NCBI GenBank assembly: GCA_951406725.2
Contig: OX597818.1
Coordinates: 53,630,001 to 53,694,000, forward strand
Source of the DNA: Octopus vulgaris
Lineage: Eukaryota
Direction: 5' to 3'
Length of the DNA: 64,000 nt
The notes below the pieces were generated by a model. It did no database searches and was not told the origin of the DNA. It worked only from the letters and a program-made list of their open reading frames with translations. The translations under genes were made by a program, and so were the position numbers. Positions 13,765-27,674 of the stretch are shown piece by piece. How positions within the stretch are numbered: the first letter of the stretch is position 1; every line of letters starts with the position of its first letter.

Positions 13765-13971
13765 ATCAAAATGTGACCTCGTGTGTACTGTTGGCGATTT
13801 TATTTCCTCTGTCTTCCTTTCTCTGGATCTTTCCTTCTCCTATGTTTCCGATGAAGAGCTCCGCTCGAAACGTTAAACCCACCTTCTTTCCTTCTTTCTG
13901 ACGTCCAATAATACATATTTGTTCCACGTCCTCGCGTTGTTGTGCTTTTTTGTGCTTTCTTGTTTGGATTA

Positions 13972-13975
<4 letters not shown>
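13765..13975 (+). mobile_element. Pyrimidine-rich repeat between TA tracts with a hammerhead (probable PLE-derived)
   Basis: TA-flanked; related to 60310-60485. Confidence 0.55.
13844..13878 (+). ncRNA. Minimal type I hammerhead ribozyme-like motif, U4C core
   Basis: GUUU-CCGAUGA-aGAGCuccGCUC-GAAAC-GUU/AAAC; stem I 4 bp, stem II 4 bp, palindromic AACGUU in place of stem III. Confidence 0.68.
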
Positions 13976-14015
<40 letters not shown>

Positions 14016-14024
14016 TGCACACAG

Positions 14025-14097
<73 letters not shown>
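14025..14097. repeat. (GATA)n microsatellite
   Basis: Direct. Confidence 0.97.
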
Positions 14098-14099
<2 letters not shown>

Positions 14100-14557
14100 G
14101 GAAATCAATGATGAAAAAAAAACAACTAGAAAGAACAAAAAAGCAAATATACAAAAATAATATTTAACAAAAGAAGGCTTAACTGAGATTCTTAAAAATC
14201 TACCGCCACGGAAAAAATAGTACTACAAAGTCTTAAGTTTTCCTAATTCATTTCTCTTTTATCTTAACTGAAATTTAAACTCGTTTTGCCATTGAATCAT
14301 CAAACTGTGTGCAAAAGCTTCCAGTTGTCTTTAGTCAACTGTATATACAATTTGTGATCGTATATATGGAGGAGTGAATTGATTGCTTAGCCATACCTAT
14401 TGTGTCCGTAATAATTCTGGTTTAGCAAAGTGGTTAAATGTATAAATGCCAGAAAGGAAAGGTGGATGGTGGAAATGTTGCTGGATTATTCTTTTTGCAA
14501 TCGGTTTCAACTAACAACAAAAGAGAGAATTGTAAAATATAAATGGGTTTCATTTTG

Positions 14558-14892
14558 TGAAGGCGCATGGCTTAGTGGTTAGAGCGTCGAACTTACGATC
14601 GTGAGGTTGTGAGTTCGATTCACGGATCGGGCTGCGTGTTGTGTTCTTGAGCAAGACACTTTATTTCACGTTGCTCCAGTTGACTCAGTTGTAGAAATGA
14701 GTTGTGACGTCACTGGTGCCAAGCTGTATTGACCTTTGCCTTTCCTTTGGATAACATCGGTGGTGTAGAGAGGGGAGGCTGGTATGAATGGGCGACTGCT
14801 GGCCTTCCATAAACAACCTTGCCCGGACTTGTACTTCGGAGGGTAATTTTCTAGGTTCTATCCTATGGTCATTCATGACCGAAGGGGGTCTC
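14558..14892 (+). mobile_element. SINE family D
   Basis: A/B boxes; imperfect TSD AAATGGGT..TCATTTT. Confidence 0.82.
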
Positions 14893-14989
14893 CCTCCAAC
14901 CAAATGGGTGTCATTTTACAATTCATCCTTTCGTTGACTACCGGTCAGATATAGAATTGTGAAATTGTCTTCCGCTTACAAAAGACACG

Positions 14990-15240
14990 TTTGATTAACC
15001 TGATCATCACTGATATTTCCAAACCTGAGCGAAAGTTTCTAGAATCCATAAACAAAAGCTTCCAGGTGATCAGTCAATGCCAACATCAGGCTCTTTCTTC
15101 CTCTACAGTCTCGAGTTATGAGTTGATCAACAACGGAACTTTAATACGACGCGGCCCTTTGCAACATCTTTCAAATGCTGCTATGTATTTGAATATTGTA
15201 GGCACGTACATTACTAGCCAAAAGATTTCGAGGTCGTTGT
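14990..15240 (-). pseudogene. Highly decayed non-LTR RT fragment (R4/Dong-like)
   Basis: Minus translation VVDQLITRDCRGRKSLMLALTDHLEAF..WILETF loosely resembles the DQL...L.M..ID..KA(Y/F)D..H.WI region. Confidence 0.35.
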
Positions 15241-17319
15241 TTCGTCTATCTTGACAATTAAGACGGTCTGGTTTTGTTTTGCGTATGATTTTACTCCGTG
15301 AACCATTTACGTGTTGTTTCTTGATCTGTCAGTAGATCACTGAATGTGATTGCTATCATGGGTGCCTAACTACAAGATATTTTAAGCAGAAGCTTGGAAC
15401 TCTGTCAGTTTGTGTTCCTTCCCTTTTGTTCATGTTTGGAAGATTTTGAACCTCTTCGGCTTTTATTTCGTCCCATGTATATTCACACAGCGTGCTTGTT
15501 GTTTTCAATATTGCTTATTATATTTCTTCCCCAAAAATCTACTTCTCTTGTTCCCGGTGTTGCATTAGTTTCTATCTTTTGTTACGTAATTCACAGCATA
15601 ATAAATATAAACTTTTCTTTCGTATTTATTATGCTGTAATTTTGAAGTATTGGCTTGTCTTTCTATTAGTGTCTTTGTCATATTTATTTCGTTAATAAAT
15701 GTGAAGTCTTTCAATTTCTACCATCTTTTCTATGATCTTTTTTTCGGTTTTTGTCACGTTGTTCTCTTAAGTTTTAGAAGTTCCTATATAAGATATTTCC
15801 AGGGAATACTGACATTCGCTCCTTTATTACTATGGCTGCTGTTACTGCTGTCGCTGCTGTTGTGCTGCTGTTACTGCTGCTGTTGCTGTTGTTGCTGCTG
15901 TATAAATTATTTGATTTATCCTGACGTTTCCACTATGTCTGTGATGGCCTAATTCGAAATGTTCTTTCACTGTTGCTGTTATTTTATCTTTAAGTCTTAT
16001 CCTTCAATAGACCACAGGCAGATATATATCGATTTTAATTTAACTATTTCTGCCTTTAGACTTTTGTCATACTCACAATTTCCATCTTTACAATTATCTA
16101 CTCTTAGATCTTTTTTTTCCTATTCACTTGTGTTCATATTTCCATTGGTCTACTTCTAATTCAGCTTCCCTTTATGAATATTCTCTAAGTACGCAAGGGT
16201 TTAATTTTGCCGTGTATTTTATGCTTTGCATGTAATAACTCTATCTTTGTGATTTTCTCATTTAATATTTATTAGCTTATTTCTTTTATAATTTCTGTGA
16301 GTTTATTCCCCCACTTTTTTTTTATATATTTCTTCGTTGCCTGTATTTTCGGAATGCATTCTCTCTTTTATGTTTTCTATTACCGATATTCTTTTGCATT
16401 TAAGAATGCATCTTAAATTAGTTCGTCTCTTGGGTTCCATTATTACATCTGAAGGAAGAACAACTTTCTCACCATATATTATGCGTGTTATATTGTTCTC
16501 GTTGGAAGGGGGAAGAGTAAGAATAAAATATGCGTGTATTATGGAGACTGTCTTCTCTCATGTCCATTTCTCCATTTTCTGTTTTATTTTACAGAATTTA
16601 TGAACTAAAACCTTGCTCTTTAATAAGATTATCATTATTTTTATCGAGTACCGGTTTAGTTGCTTTTGGCAATGTGTAGGTTTTGCTTGTTCCATTTTTC
16701 ATGTAACGCTGCACATTCCCATTTTAATTTCGTATAGCTTTACTTCAGGCGGAATTTCTGTAGCTTTCTTCCCACTAGTGTTCCGTTCTCGTATCTATAC
16801 ACAGTGGCTGATGGGCGATTATTGCAAATATGAGCAATGCATGGCTTATAATAGGCTAAGGGCATTACAATTAAATAAGTTAATGAATTACTTTTACAGG
16901 CATCTTTCAACGGTTTTTCTGTGGCTTTTTATGTTCTTCATTTGTATTTCATCGATAATAATGGACATTTTATCGGAACAGAACTGTTAAGTAACGATAT
17001 CTGTTGCTATACATCCAGTTTTACGGTTAGTATTTTTATCTTTAATATTCATGGTTGGAAAACGAAATAAGATTGTCCGTTCTTACATCAAAGTTGATCA
17101 GATACACATAGGAAAACGATCATTAAAGTGTTCGAGGTTAACATAAGCAATGTTCGAATTCGCCAGTAATATTTGTTGACATTAGTATTGTTATTTTCTA
17201 TATTATAACTATTAGCTACCTTTACAGATAATTCATTAATATTCATTTTGTCATTGATGAATGTTTCATGCTTATTATCTGCTATCTGATGGTCTATAAG
17301 CTAGCTAAATTTCTATACC

Positions 17320-17920
17320 TATTTCTTTACTACCCACAAGGGGCTAAACACAGAGAGGACAAACAAGGAAAGACAAACGGATTAAGTCGATTATATCGAC
17401 TCCAGTGCGTAACTGGTACTTAATTTATCGACCCCGAAAGGATGAAAGGCAAAGTCGACCTCGGTGGAATTTGAACTCAGAACGTAGCAGCAGACGAAAT
17501 ACCTATTTTTTTACTACCCACAAGGGGCTAAACACAGAGAGGACAAATAAGGACAGACAAACGGATTAAGTCGATTATATCAACCCCAGTACGTAACTGG
17601 TACTTAATTTATCGACCCCGAAAGGATGAAAGGCAAAGTCGACCTCGGTGGAATTTGAACTCAGAACGTAGCAGCAGACGAAATACCTATTTTTTTACTA
17701 CCCACAAGGGGCTAAACACAGAGAGGACAAATAAGGACAGACAAACGGATTAAGTCGATTATATCAACCCCAGTACGTAACTGGTACTTAATTTATCGAC
17801 CCCGAAAGGATGAAAGGCAAAGTCGACCTCGGCGGAATTTGAACTCAGAACGTAACGACAGACGAAATACGGCTACGCATTTCACCCGGCGTGCTAACGC
17901 TTCTGCCAGCTCGCCGCCTT
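17320..17920 (-). mobile_element. SINE family A trimer
   Basis: Three units and one head; TSD AGCTAAATTTCTATACC. Confidence 0.92.
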
Positions 17921-18317
17921 GCAAGCTAAATTTCTATACCATCATCGCAATGAATATCACGGAGTTTGTTCTGTAGGGGGAGATTGTAATTGAGAGACAA
18001 AGAGTAAATAGAGCCGCTTCGTTACGTTATTCAAACCAGTCAAGTAGGAGTTTCTTTTTATTTATTTGTAGTATGAGGATCCTTCCTTTGACGAGGGGCT
18101 TAACCATATTAAGGCATGGTTTTATAGATGCAAACTCACTCCATCTTTCCTTCTTGGAAAGCTAACCACCTGGGATTTCTTCACTACCCACAATTTTCTT
18201 GCAGACTTCGATTTTCTATAATATCGATCTCATCAGTTTCAAGGTACCAATCAGAATCAAGACCATTATCCTCTCTTGCTAACTAAAGCCACAAGCAAAG
18301 ATATTACTGATAAATAA

Positions 18318-18742
18318 TCCTTTCTATTATAGGCACAACGCCTAGAATTGTGGGGGAGGAGGTTAGTCGATTACATCGACCCCAGTGCGCAACTGGCATT
18401 TGCTTTATCAACCCCGAAAGGGTGAAAGGCAAAGTCGACTCCAACGTAATTTGAACTCAGAGCATAAAGACGGGATGCCGCTAAGCATTTTGTCCGACAT
18501 GTTAACGTTTCTTATTTCTTTACTACCCACAAGGGTTTAAATACAGAGAGGACAAACAAGGACAAACGGATTAAGTCGATTATATCGACCCCAATGCGTA
18601 ACTGGTACTTAATTTATCGACCCCGAAAGGATGAAAGGCAAAGTCGACCTCGGTGGAATTTGAACTCGGAACGTAACGGCAGACGAAATACCGCTGAGCA
18701 TTTCGCCCGGCGTGCTAATGTTTCTGCCAGCTCGCCGCCTTA
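18318..18742 (-). mobile_element. Older family A variant plus a younger family A copy
   Basis: Two adjacent copies with different tails. Confidence 0.8.
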
Positions 18743-19231
18743 TTTCTGATAAATAATGCCAACATAATTTATTCAATGAGATGGAGAGATCCTACTGTGA
18801 AGAATGGTAGTTCATACCACCAAGGAGATTTTAGCCAAGTGACCGCGACGTAATTATAAAAGATGAGCTTAATTAAGCAGCGTTAGTAATTGATATGTCG
18901 TATCATGTCATGTGGGCTGACTTATATGAATGAATGAAATAGAAAAATATTGAAGACAAAAGGTCTGATGGAAGTGGCGTTCATCTGGGCAGAACATAAG
19001 AACAACAGTTCCGATTGTAATCTAAGCTTTTGGACAAGGAAATAAGCAATTTAACGGGGAACATTCCAATACAAAAACGAAACAATAATTTCTATTGAAA
19101 ACCTATGATTATTTGAGAAAAATGAATAACAGGTACACTAAAAGAAAACAACCGACATGACTTTGTATTTGTCTCACCCACCGCTTAACAACCGTGGATT
19201 TTGTTTACACCGTGTCACTTAGCGGTCCGAC

Positions 19232-19463
19232 AAGGCGGCGAGCTGGTAGAAACGTTAGCACGCCGGGCGAAATTCTTAGCGGTATTTCGTCTGCTGCTAC
19301 GTTCTGAGTTCAAATTCCGCCGAGGTCAACTTTGCTTTTCATCCTTTCGGGGTCGATTAAATCAGTACCAGTTACGCACTGGGGTAGATATAATCGACTT
19401 AATCCCTTTGTCTGTCCTTGTTTGTCCTCTCTGTATTTAGCTCCTTGTGGGTAGTAAAGAAAT
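19232..19463 (+). mobile_element. SINE family A inserted in a decayed family B copy
   Basis: TSD GGTCCGACA/GGTTCGACA; family B remnants at 19165-19230 and 19465-19600. Confidence 0.88.
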
Positions 19464-19844
19464 AGGTTCGACAAAAAACACGGTACAATACTTGCCAGAT
19501 ATGAAAAGTAAGTGTTGGATCCGATTTTTTTCGATGAAACCCTTCAAGTCGGTGTTCAAGCATGGCCATAGTCCAATAAGTGTATAAGTAAAAGATAAAA
19601 ATTTAGATGAAAGTAAAATGGTAGAGGATACATCAAGGATGTGTCTTTTCATATGAAAAAGCAATCATCTATTATGGCATCTGTAACAAAACTCTGCAGA
19701 CAGGCTGAGTCATGTGAACTGCCAGAAATAACAACAACCAAATCTTCTTCAAAACATAGGGTGTCACATGAACAAAAGTTAAGGACATGTAATGACTCTA
19801 CCTCCACGAAAAAAGGCCATATGACAGAGGAAATACTTTGTCAG

Positions 19845-20175
19845 ATCTGATAACAAGAACAACGATAACCGCCACCACCACCACCACCACCACAACAACA
19901 ACAACAACAGCAACAACAAGCCGTTCAAGAATTTGGACCTGGAGATCTCCATTTCCAGCGACTTCGAGAGCCACCTCCCAGTGGTGTCGGGCGTCAACGG
20001 AGAGCTCTCGACTACAACAAGACGACCAAAGTTTTTTTTTCCAAGGTCTGGGGTCTCCCGGCCCCTAAGCCCTAGACCATCACCTAACCGCCCTTACCCG
20101 TCTTGCTGCTTAACAACAACAACAACAATAGTATTAGCAAGAACTAAAACAACGACAATGAAAGCACTCGTGTAG
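19845..20175 (+). CDS. Possible low-complexity terminal exon (poly-His/Asn), unknown protein
   Basis: ttgtcag acceptor, then open frame SDNKNNDNRHHHHHHNNNNNSNNKPFKNLDLEISISSDFESHLPVVSGVNGELS...; richer in GC and CpG than its flanks; no recognised domain. Confidence 0.25.
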
Positions 20176-20596
20176 GATGTTACAGTGGAAAGTCACCCGA
20201 AACGAGCATTTTTTTTCTGCACTCGGATCGTCGGCAATCACGCTGAGAAAAAATAACAAAATCTTTATCTTTCTCAGACTATCCTTTTGTATAAACCACT
20301 ATTGAAACTCTCGGTAGATAACATCCTCCTGCTGAAACACTAAATACGGATGTAGCCAGAATATATATAAAGAAAAATAATATAATAAAAATTAACAGGA
20401 GACACATGCTCTGTGCAACATCTGTTTGCTGCACCAACAGCAGACGGTTGGCAAATTATTGTGAAGACAATCTGGAGCTTGTTTTGAAAGGCACTAAAAT
20501 AGGTAGGTTGTCATTAGACAATGTGTGACAGGAGTATCTCGATACTCTTAGTTTATGGTACAATGTATGTTTATATTGTAATGTGTGTAGCTAACC

Positions 20597-20690
<94 letters not shown>

Positions 20691-20799
20691 GGACGGATAG
20701 AGAGAGAGAGAGATAGATAGATAGATATATAGATAGATAGATAGATAGAGACAAAGAGAGAGAGAGAGACAGACAGATAGACAGACGGACGGACGGACG

Positions 20800-20849
<50 letters not shown>

Positions 20850-20920
20850 TGGCGTGATGGATGGATGAATGTGTGGGTTTTTTATTAGGTAGACAGATAG
20901 ACAGACAGACAGACAGACAT

Positions 20921-20986
<66 letters not shown>

Positions 20987-20987
20987 C
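20597..20987. repeat. Compound (GATA)/(GACA)/(GACG)/(GA) microsatellite
   Basis: Direct. Confidence 0.95.
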
Positions 20988-21372
20988 ATACTTATTTTTA
21001 CCAAAACGAAATTCGAAACAAGCGTCAAATTGCCTCTACTTACACCCCAGCGTTTTAAACAATACAGAAAATGACGTGAGATAATCATGGCTTCCATCAT
21101 TGAGGAACCAAACGCAATCTGGAACCAAGCAACAACTTTCCAGAAATGAATGTGAAATCTTGTGATATTCCTGTCTTCCTTTTCCCATTACGAATACCGA
21201 CGTATTTGTTTTTGCGTCATAATCAGAGGTACAGGAATATCAGTTATGATCTTTTAAGACGCTTTGGTAAGAATAGGAGAAAGACCCTTAGACTGAAAGC
21301 CCTGTCTGAACGTTTATTACAGAATGAATCGCTGAAGACACAATGGCCATATTGTGTTTTACAGAAATAATG

Positions 21373-21770
21373 TATTTCTTTATTGCCCACAGGGGGCTAA
21401 ACACAGAGGGGACAAACAAGGACAGACAAAGGGATTAAGTCGATTATATCGACTCCAGTGCGTAACTGGTACTTATTTAATCGACCCCGAAAGGATGAAA
21501 GGCAAAGTCGACCTCGGCGGAATTTGAACACAGAACGTAAAGACAGACGAAATACCTATTTCTTTACTACCCACAAGGGGCTAAACAGAGAGAGGACAAA
21601 GAAGGACAGACAAACGGATTAAGTCGATTACATCGACCCCAGTGCGTAACTGGTACTTATTTAATCGACCCTGAAAGGATGGAAGGCAAAGTCGACCTCG
21701 GTGGAATAGCAACAGAAATACCGCTAAGCATTTCGCCCGGCGTGCTAACGATTCTGCCAGCTTGCCGCCA
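21373..21770 (-). mobile_element. SINE family A dimer
   Basis: Two units; imperfect TSD TTTTACA(G/T)AAATAAT. Confidence 0.9.
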
Positions 21771-22162
21771 TGCTTTTACATAAATAATTGTTAATTTAAT
21801 CACGCTGCCAAAGATCGTAAGGACGCACGCATCACTTCTACAAACAAAAAGTCAGTGTCCATTTCATGCAAAAGATAAGGATGCTTCCATGCATCTTACA
21901 GCCTGCAAATTATCCAGTATTCCAAACTTATCCAGTAATCCAAGTCGAATTTTTTGGCCCCATTTACTACAAAGGTTCTCTACAAATTATTCAGAATCCT
22001 TCTTTCATCTACGTCTCAAATATGACGGATCTGTGAGCAATGTTCTCGTGGAGAAAGTCACAAGACACGATAAGCGTTAAAATTACCGAGAACAATGAAC
22101 TCGAAGAGGGAAAACCTGAAATAGGTGCCTTTAACATTCTTGTTGCTATATCTCTGTTGAAA

Positions 22163-22579
22163 TAGGCAGCGAACTGGCAGAAACGTTAGCACCCGGGCGA
22201 AATGCTATGCGGTATTTCGTCTGCCGCTACGTTCCGAGTTCAAAATTCCACCGATGTCGACTTTTCCTTTCATCCTTTCGGGGTCGATTAAATAAGTACC
22301 AGTTACGCACTGGGGTCGATGTAATCGACTTAATCCGTTTGTCTGTCCTTGTTTGTCCCCTCTATGTTTAGCCCCTTGTGGGCAGTAAAAAAATAGGTAT
22401 TTCATCTGCCGCTACGTTCTGAGTTCAAATTCCGCCGAGGTCGACTTTGCCTTTCATCCTTTCAGGGTCGATAAATAAAGTATCAGTTTCGCACTGGGGT
22501 CGATATAATCGAATTAATCCCTTTGTCTGTCCTTGTTTGTCCCCTCTCTGTTTAACTCCTTGTGGGCAGTAAAGAAATA
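22163..22579 (+). mobile_element. SINE family A dimer
   Basis: TSD TATATCTCTGTTGAAAT. Confidence 0.9.
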
Positions 22580-22994
22580 TATATATCTCTGTTGAAATTC
22601 ATTGTCTTTATTTCAGATAATTTTTTAAATAATGCAGAAACTAGTAAACTAACTCGTATCATTATTTAGTTAGTTTTTGAAACATAAATTAACATAAATT
22701 TTTATGGAAAATTTTAATTTAGATTGCTTTAAAACAGAAAGTATCATAAAACTAGTTATGGTCTCAGTTGAGGTGGGACCAAAAAGACTAATACAGGTAT
22801 AGATATAGTTGGAAGGTGATTGGGAATCAAGAAGAGCGAAAGAATCAGAATATATATTTGAAGGGAGCGGGAAGCAAAGTTTAAAGCAGAGCAACGGGAA
22901 GTTTTTGTTTTCTTTTATTTCTTGTTTGATTAAAACAGCGACCTTCAACGATTTGCTGTTTAAAAGCTGAGTCAATAAATTTCATGCATATACA

Positions 22995-23045
<51 letters not shown>

Positions 23046-23257
23046 TAGTCTAATATTCGCGCTATGTCTGAAAGAATGACAAGATGGTCACGGTTGAAAT
23101 TCCTTTGCTCATAAGCCTCTTAGTTCGTTACTAGTCTATAACATATCATGAGAGCAAAGACAGGGCGGCCAATAAGTGAAAGCATTCGATCGTCCACTCC
23201 TGAGTTCGAATGAGTTACAATTGCTTCCTTGAAATTTGTATCGATATATTTAATTCT

Positions 23258-23566
23258 GTGGAGGCGCAATGGCCCAGTGGTTAGGGCAGCGGGACTCGCG
23301 GTCGTAGGATCGCGCTTTCGATTCCCAGACCGGGAGTTGTGTGTGTTTATTGAGCGAAAACACATGAAGCTCCATGAGGCTCCGGCAGGGGGTGGTGGCG
23401 ATCCCTGCTGTACTCTTTCGCCACAACTTTCTCTCACTCTTTCTTCTGTTGGCCTGCTCGCTTAGCCAGCGGGGTGGCGTCATTTGAAGACTAAAACAAT
23501 GCGAAGCGCATTGTGACCAGCGATGTGTTGCAACATCTGATAGCCTGGTTGGTGACGGTGACGCTG
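23258..23566 (+). mobile_element. SINE family C
   Basis: tRNA head; TSD ATATTTAATTCT. Confidence 0.87.
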
Positions 23567-26500
23567 ATATTTAATTCTACTAAATTTCGAATACCCTAGT
23601 TTTCGGAATTAAGTAACTAAATCACTGGCTGCTTTTACCTGCTATAAAACCATCATTCTTCAGCGATGGGGTTCATCTCTCATCAGTTTAACCCACTGCA
23701 ATTTCAGCTAATCACCAAACTTTAAAAGCCCCTCGGCTTTTGAGAGGTATATCTTTAAATTACACCTTGAGTTAATATTCGGCTGTGTGATTTTTTATTA
23801 ACCATAAAGGTCTTACATTGAGGGGACACTACAACACATTGGGGATAAAAAACATCAAAAAAAATTATCGTATGATAGGATGAGAAAAAGGGTGAAAAAT
23901 GAAAGATGAAATTGATGTTAACTGCCCCATCAGTCAACATCACTTGTCCTTTTTTTTTCCTATTTTACCGCGAAAACCACAAAGTCCCTAAATTTAACCT
24001 CGTATATTTCTTCTAGTTCATCCCTCTTCTCCGGTGCCAATGTTCCTCTTATCAATATATATTCATCCTCAAGTTCCTTTTCAAGTTCTTTCTCCTGATT
24101 TTTTGACAATACTATTTCCATTTTCTGATGCCAGCCATCTGGCATTTCTATCTTTCCCCCATATTTTTAATCTTTCATATAAATATTTGGCTGTGGCCAA
24201 GTATATTCAATATTCCAGGTATTTCAAACATGACCATGACGTGTTTGTTTGAGCATCGTGTATCTAGGACTTCATTAGTTAGTGTAATCTTACATTTTTA
24301 AGACAGTATGGTGCTTTGAGCTAGATACTCCGTTGCTTTTCTTCCTGGTTAAGCAACGGTATAGTGGCTCTCTCATCAGCTCAACTTGGATGTTATTGTT
24401 GTGTTTGGCCATCTCAAACTATCGTAATGACATAATTAACAACTTTTATAAAGAAAACAAACAGCAATAAGTACAATAAATGTGTAGGAATTAGTATAAA
24501 ATTAATTGAGAAGCAGGATGTGGTATGGCATTAGTGTCAAATATATAGTTAAGGTTTTATTATGGGTGTTTTAGTTAGATATATTACTATTGCTATTTTG
24601 GCTAATACTGCAGAGTAAAAATGTTGAAGATAAAGGTTTAAGGTTAGTGTTAGGGTTATCATGTGACAATCAAATGAATGACGTAACACACTAACAAGTA
24701 CAGGAAAAATCATCACAGTTTCTATTCTAGAAGCCCTTACCATCTTCTTTATTCATTAAGTTTGTGTAGGGAGTATTCGAGATTTTTATAGCTTGGGAGT
24801 TGTCGTGACTTACTCTGGATGTCATCGCCTATATTTGGAACATTATCAAATTTCTAATATATCATTATATTATTTCATTCGGGTTACCTAATTTCTTGTA
24901 ATGAGGCAAGTGGATATCTCTGGTGTTTATTTTTATGTTATTATTTTATGTTATTATTATTATTACATAAATAAATATAGTATGATTTGTGATTTAAGGA
25001 ACCTTCCGATATGTTCTGTGTAAGATAAAGCTATCCATTTATAAGTCCAAATTATTCTGGAAAGAGTTGAGAATGTGTTCACATATGCTGCACAGACGCC
25101 AGGGAAATATATCCTGTGTATAAGATGTGATACGCAGGGGAGACAGGAGGTTAAACAGCAAGAGAAGGACATAAAATGCTTCCTTTCATTTTTAAGATGA
25201 AATCTGGGTGCTTTTATCTGAAACTTGGCCCTGATTTAAGTATCTATGTACCAAAAGACCCCCACAAATTCCGCATTAGAGTAGCAAATTTCATTATGTA
25301 AATTCGTCCGCAAAATAACAATGAATTTCCTCGTACTGCATTTTGTTGCGATTTTATTTAAATGTCTTTTGAACATTTTCAATGAAGTAACGTGGTAGGT
25401 ATTTTCTGTCTTTGTTCTCTTCATATGTGTTAAATAGGTTGTTGGTTATCTGTGTTTATATTTGTAAATACCGACTGTTGAGTGTGTGTTTGTGTGTGAG
25501 AGAGAGCATGTGTGTGCGAACCTGTGTGTGTGTGTATGTGACTTTTTTGATATACATTTCTTTTTATGAGCATATTCGAGATTTTTTCTTTCCGTTTTAT
25601 TTCTTTTTGAAAGATTGAAAAATCTTATGATTTCCTTTAAAAAAAACTAGTTTGGTTTCTCTGAATCTTTATTTGTCAATATTCTTGAGAAAGCTTAAGT
25701 TTTTTTTTTGTGTGTGTTTTTATATTTTGTGTTGCTTATCCCGTTAATATAAAAAAAAATATTACATTTGTCTGGTGAAATTTAAATGTACGAAAAAGAA
25801 AGAAGCTAAATATATATTTACAATTTTTGTGGGCTTCTGTGCAACCCGGAATTTATTTCAAGGATTTCCCAAGAGTAAAAATGTCGGGGAACGGAACTTT
25901 TGCGTTAAAGGGTAGATCAAAATGCCTCACACAATTTGTTCTGGTTCTCTTCGCTCTGCGTTCAAAACCTCCAAGGACAACTTCACCTTTCATCCTATTG
26001 AGACCAGAGAAATACAGTATCAGCTAAATGTGGTAGGTTGGCAGAATCATTAGATCATCGGTTGAAGAGCTGTCTTGAGAAGAATGGGCTTTTCTTCCTT
26101 TTTTTATCGTCTGAGTTTTTGATTGGTAGACTTAATCCATCATCTATTTTCGTTTGGTAGTTAGTCAGACAGGCCTGTTAGGCAGTTTACAAGTTATATG
26201 TGTAGATAATCCTTTCTATTGGAGGCATAAGGCCTCAAATTTGCGGGGAGGGGACTAGTCGATTACATCGACCTCAGTGTTTCACGGGTGCTCAATTTAT
26301 CGACCCCGAAAAGATGAAAGGCAAAGTCGACCTCAGCGGAATTTGAGCTTACGTAGTGTAGATAATGACCACACTGAAGTCGAGTTCTTCAAATATCTTA
26401 TTGACCTGCATCATTACATTTACATATGTATATTCAATCAATGTTTAATAAACATAAGCTTTAGAAATGATCTGGACAATTTAATGTTGTGCAACGAAAT

Positions 26501-27084
26501 TAATCACAGCATATAATTAGTATACGTGTTATTGGATACTGCAATTAAAGATTAGCACCTTTTGTTGACTACAACATAATCAAGTTACTTAAAAGTGAAA
26601 TAGAGGGAGAGATAATAACTGATTGAGACAAACGACACAGTTTCTCTGGACGACTTTACGGCTCTTTGGTTAGGTTGAATTTGACTGTCTTTTTATAACT
26701 GTTAACGATCCTTCTAGAATCTTTAGCCAAACTGTTTGACAGGAAAACTTGCATACTTCTTTCGACGCTTGTTCCCCATCCATAATAAGTCAAGCAATGC
26801 AGATTTGTAGAACCATATTCACATGGGCGTTAATACCTTATATGGCACCATTTAATCTGTTATGGAAATATATTTGTTCGTGGTTCTTGATGGGAAAACT
26901 CTAGAAATTATGGTTCAAATCTCAACAGGGGTCACGCTACATTATCCCTTGGTCCTTCCTTCGAGGCTTTCAGTGGAGTTCACTCTCTTGCAGGCATTTG
27001 AGTCAGATCTCCGAAATGAGGATAACATATTTTTTTTAACCTGGTAAGATCTGGACTTAGAACGTAAATAACCAAAATAAATAC

Positions 27085-27310
27085 CTGTTTCTTTATGGCG
27101 CTAAACACAGAGGGGACAAACAAGGGCAGACAAATGAATTAAGTCGATTACATCGACCCCAGTGCGTAACTGGTACTTAATTTATCGACCCCGAAAGGAT
27201 GAAAGGCAAAGTCGACCTCGGCGGAATTTGAACTCAGAACGTAACGGCAGACGAAATACCGCTACGCATTTCGCCCGGTGTGCTAACGGTTCTGCCAGCT
27301 CGCCGCCTTC
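27085..27310 (-). mobile_element. SINE family A monomer
   Basis: Head plus one unit. Confidence 0.88.
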
Positions 27311-27674
27311 ATTAACCAAAACAAATACCGCAACCCATCCTCATGCTTCCGTCAATCCACCACCCTGGATTGGTTGTTCTTTTTATGAACCCGGAAACAA
27401 AATAAGTTCTGACTAATGACCTCCGTTGATTAATCTGTTACAAGTTCTTTGAGATTTTGTTTTTTTAGCAAATCAAATTTTAGCTTTAATTCTATTCTAT
27501 TTTGTTTCAAAAACAGAAGTACTGTTATCATTAAATCCTGTTCCTTAAAAAAATATTAATAATACCACTTAAAAACCACTTAATAATATCAATTATGCTC
27601 TGGAAATCCTTTGTTCTGAATGGATTGGACTACTTCGCATGATTTTGGTCTACTACCATCCTTGCTCTTAGATG

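Noticed and set aside
23258-23335. tRNA genes (A/B boxes)
   Set aside because: The tRNA-like heads continue into SINE bodies with TSDs and lack a complete acceptor stem
23960-25420. Charged or Cys-containing minus-strand ORFs, possibly an old LINE
   Set aside because: Too decayed to assign to any family by eye
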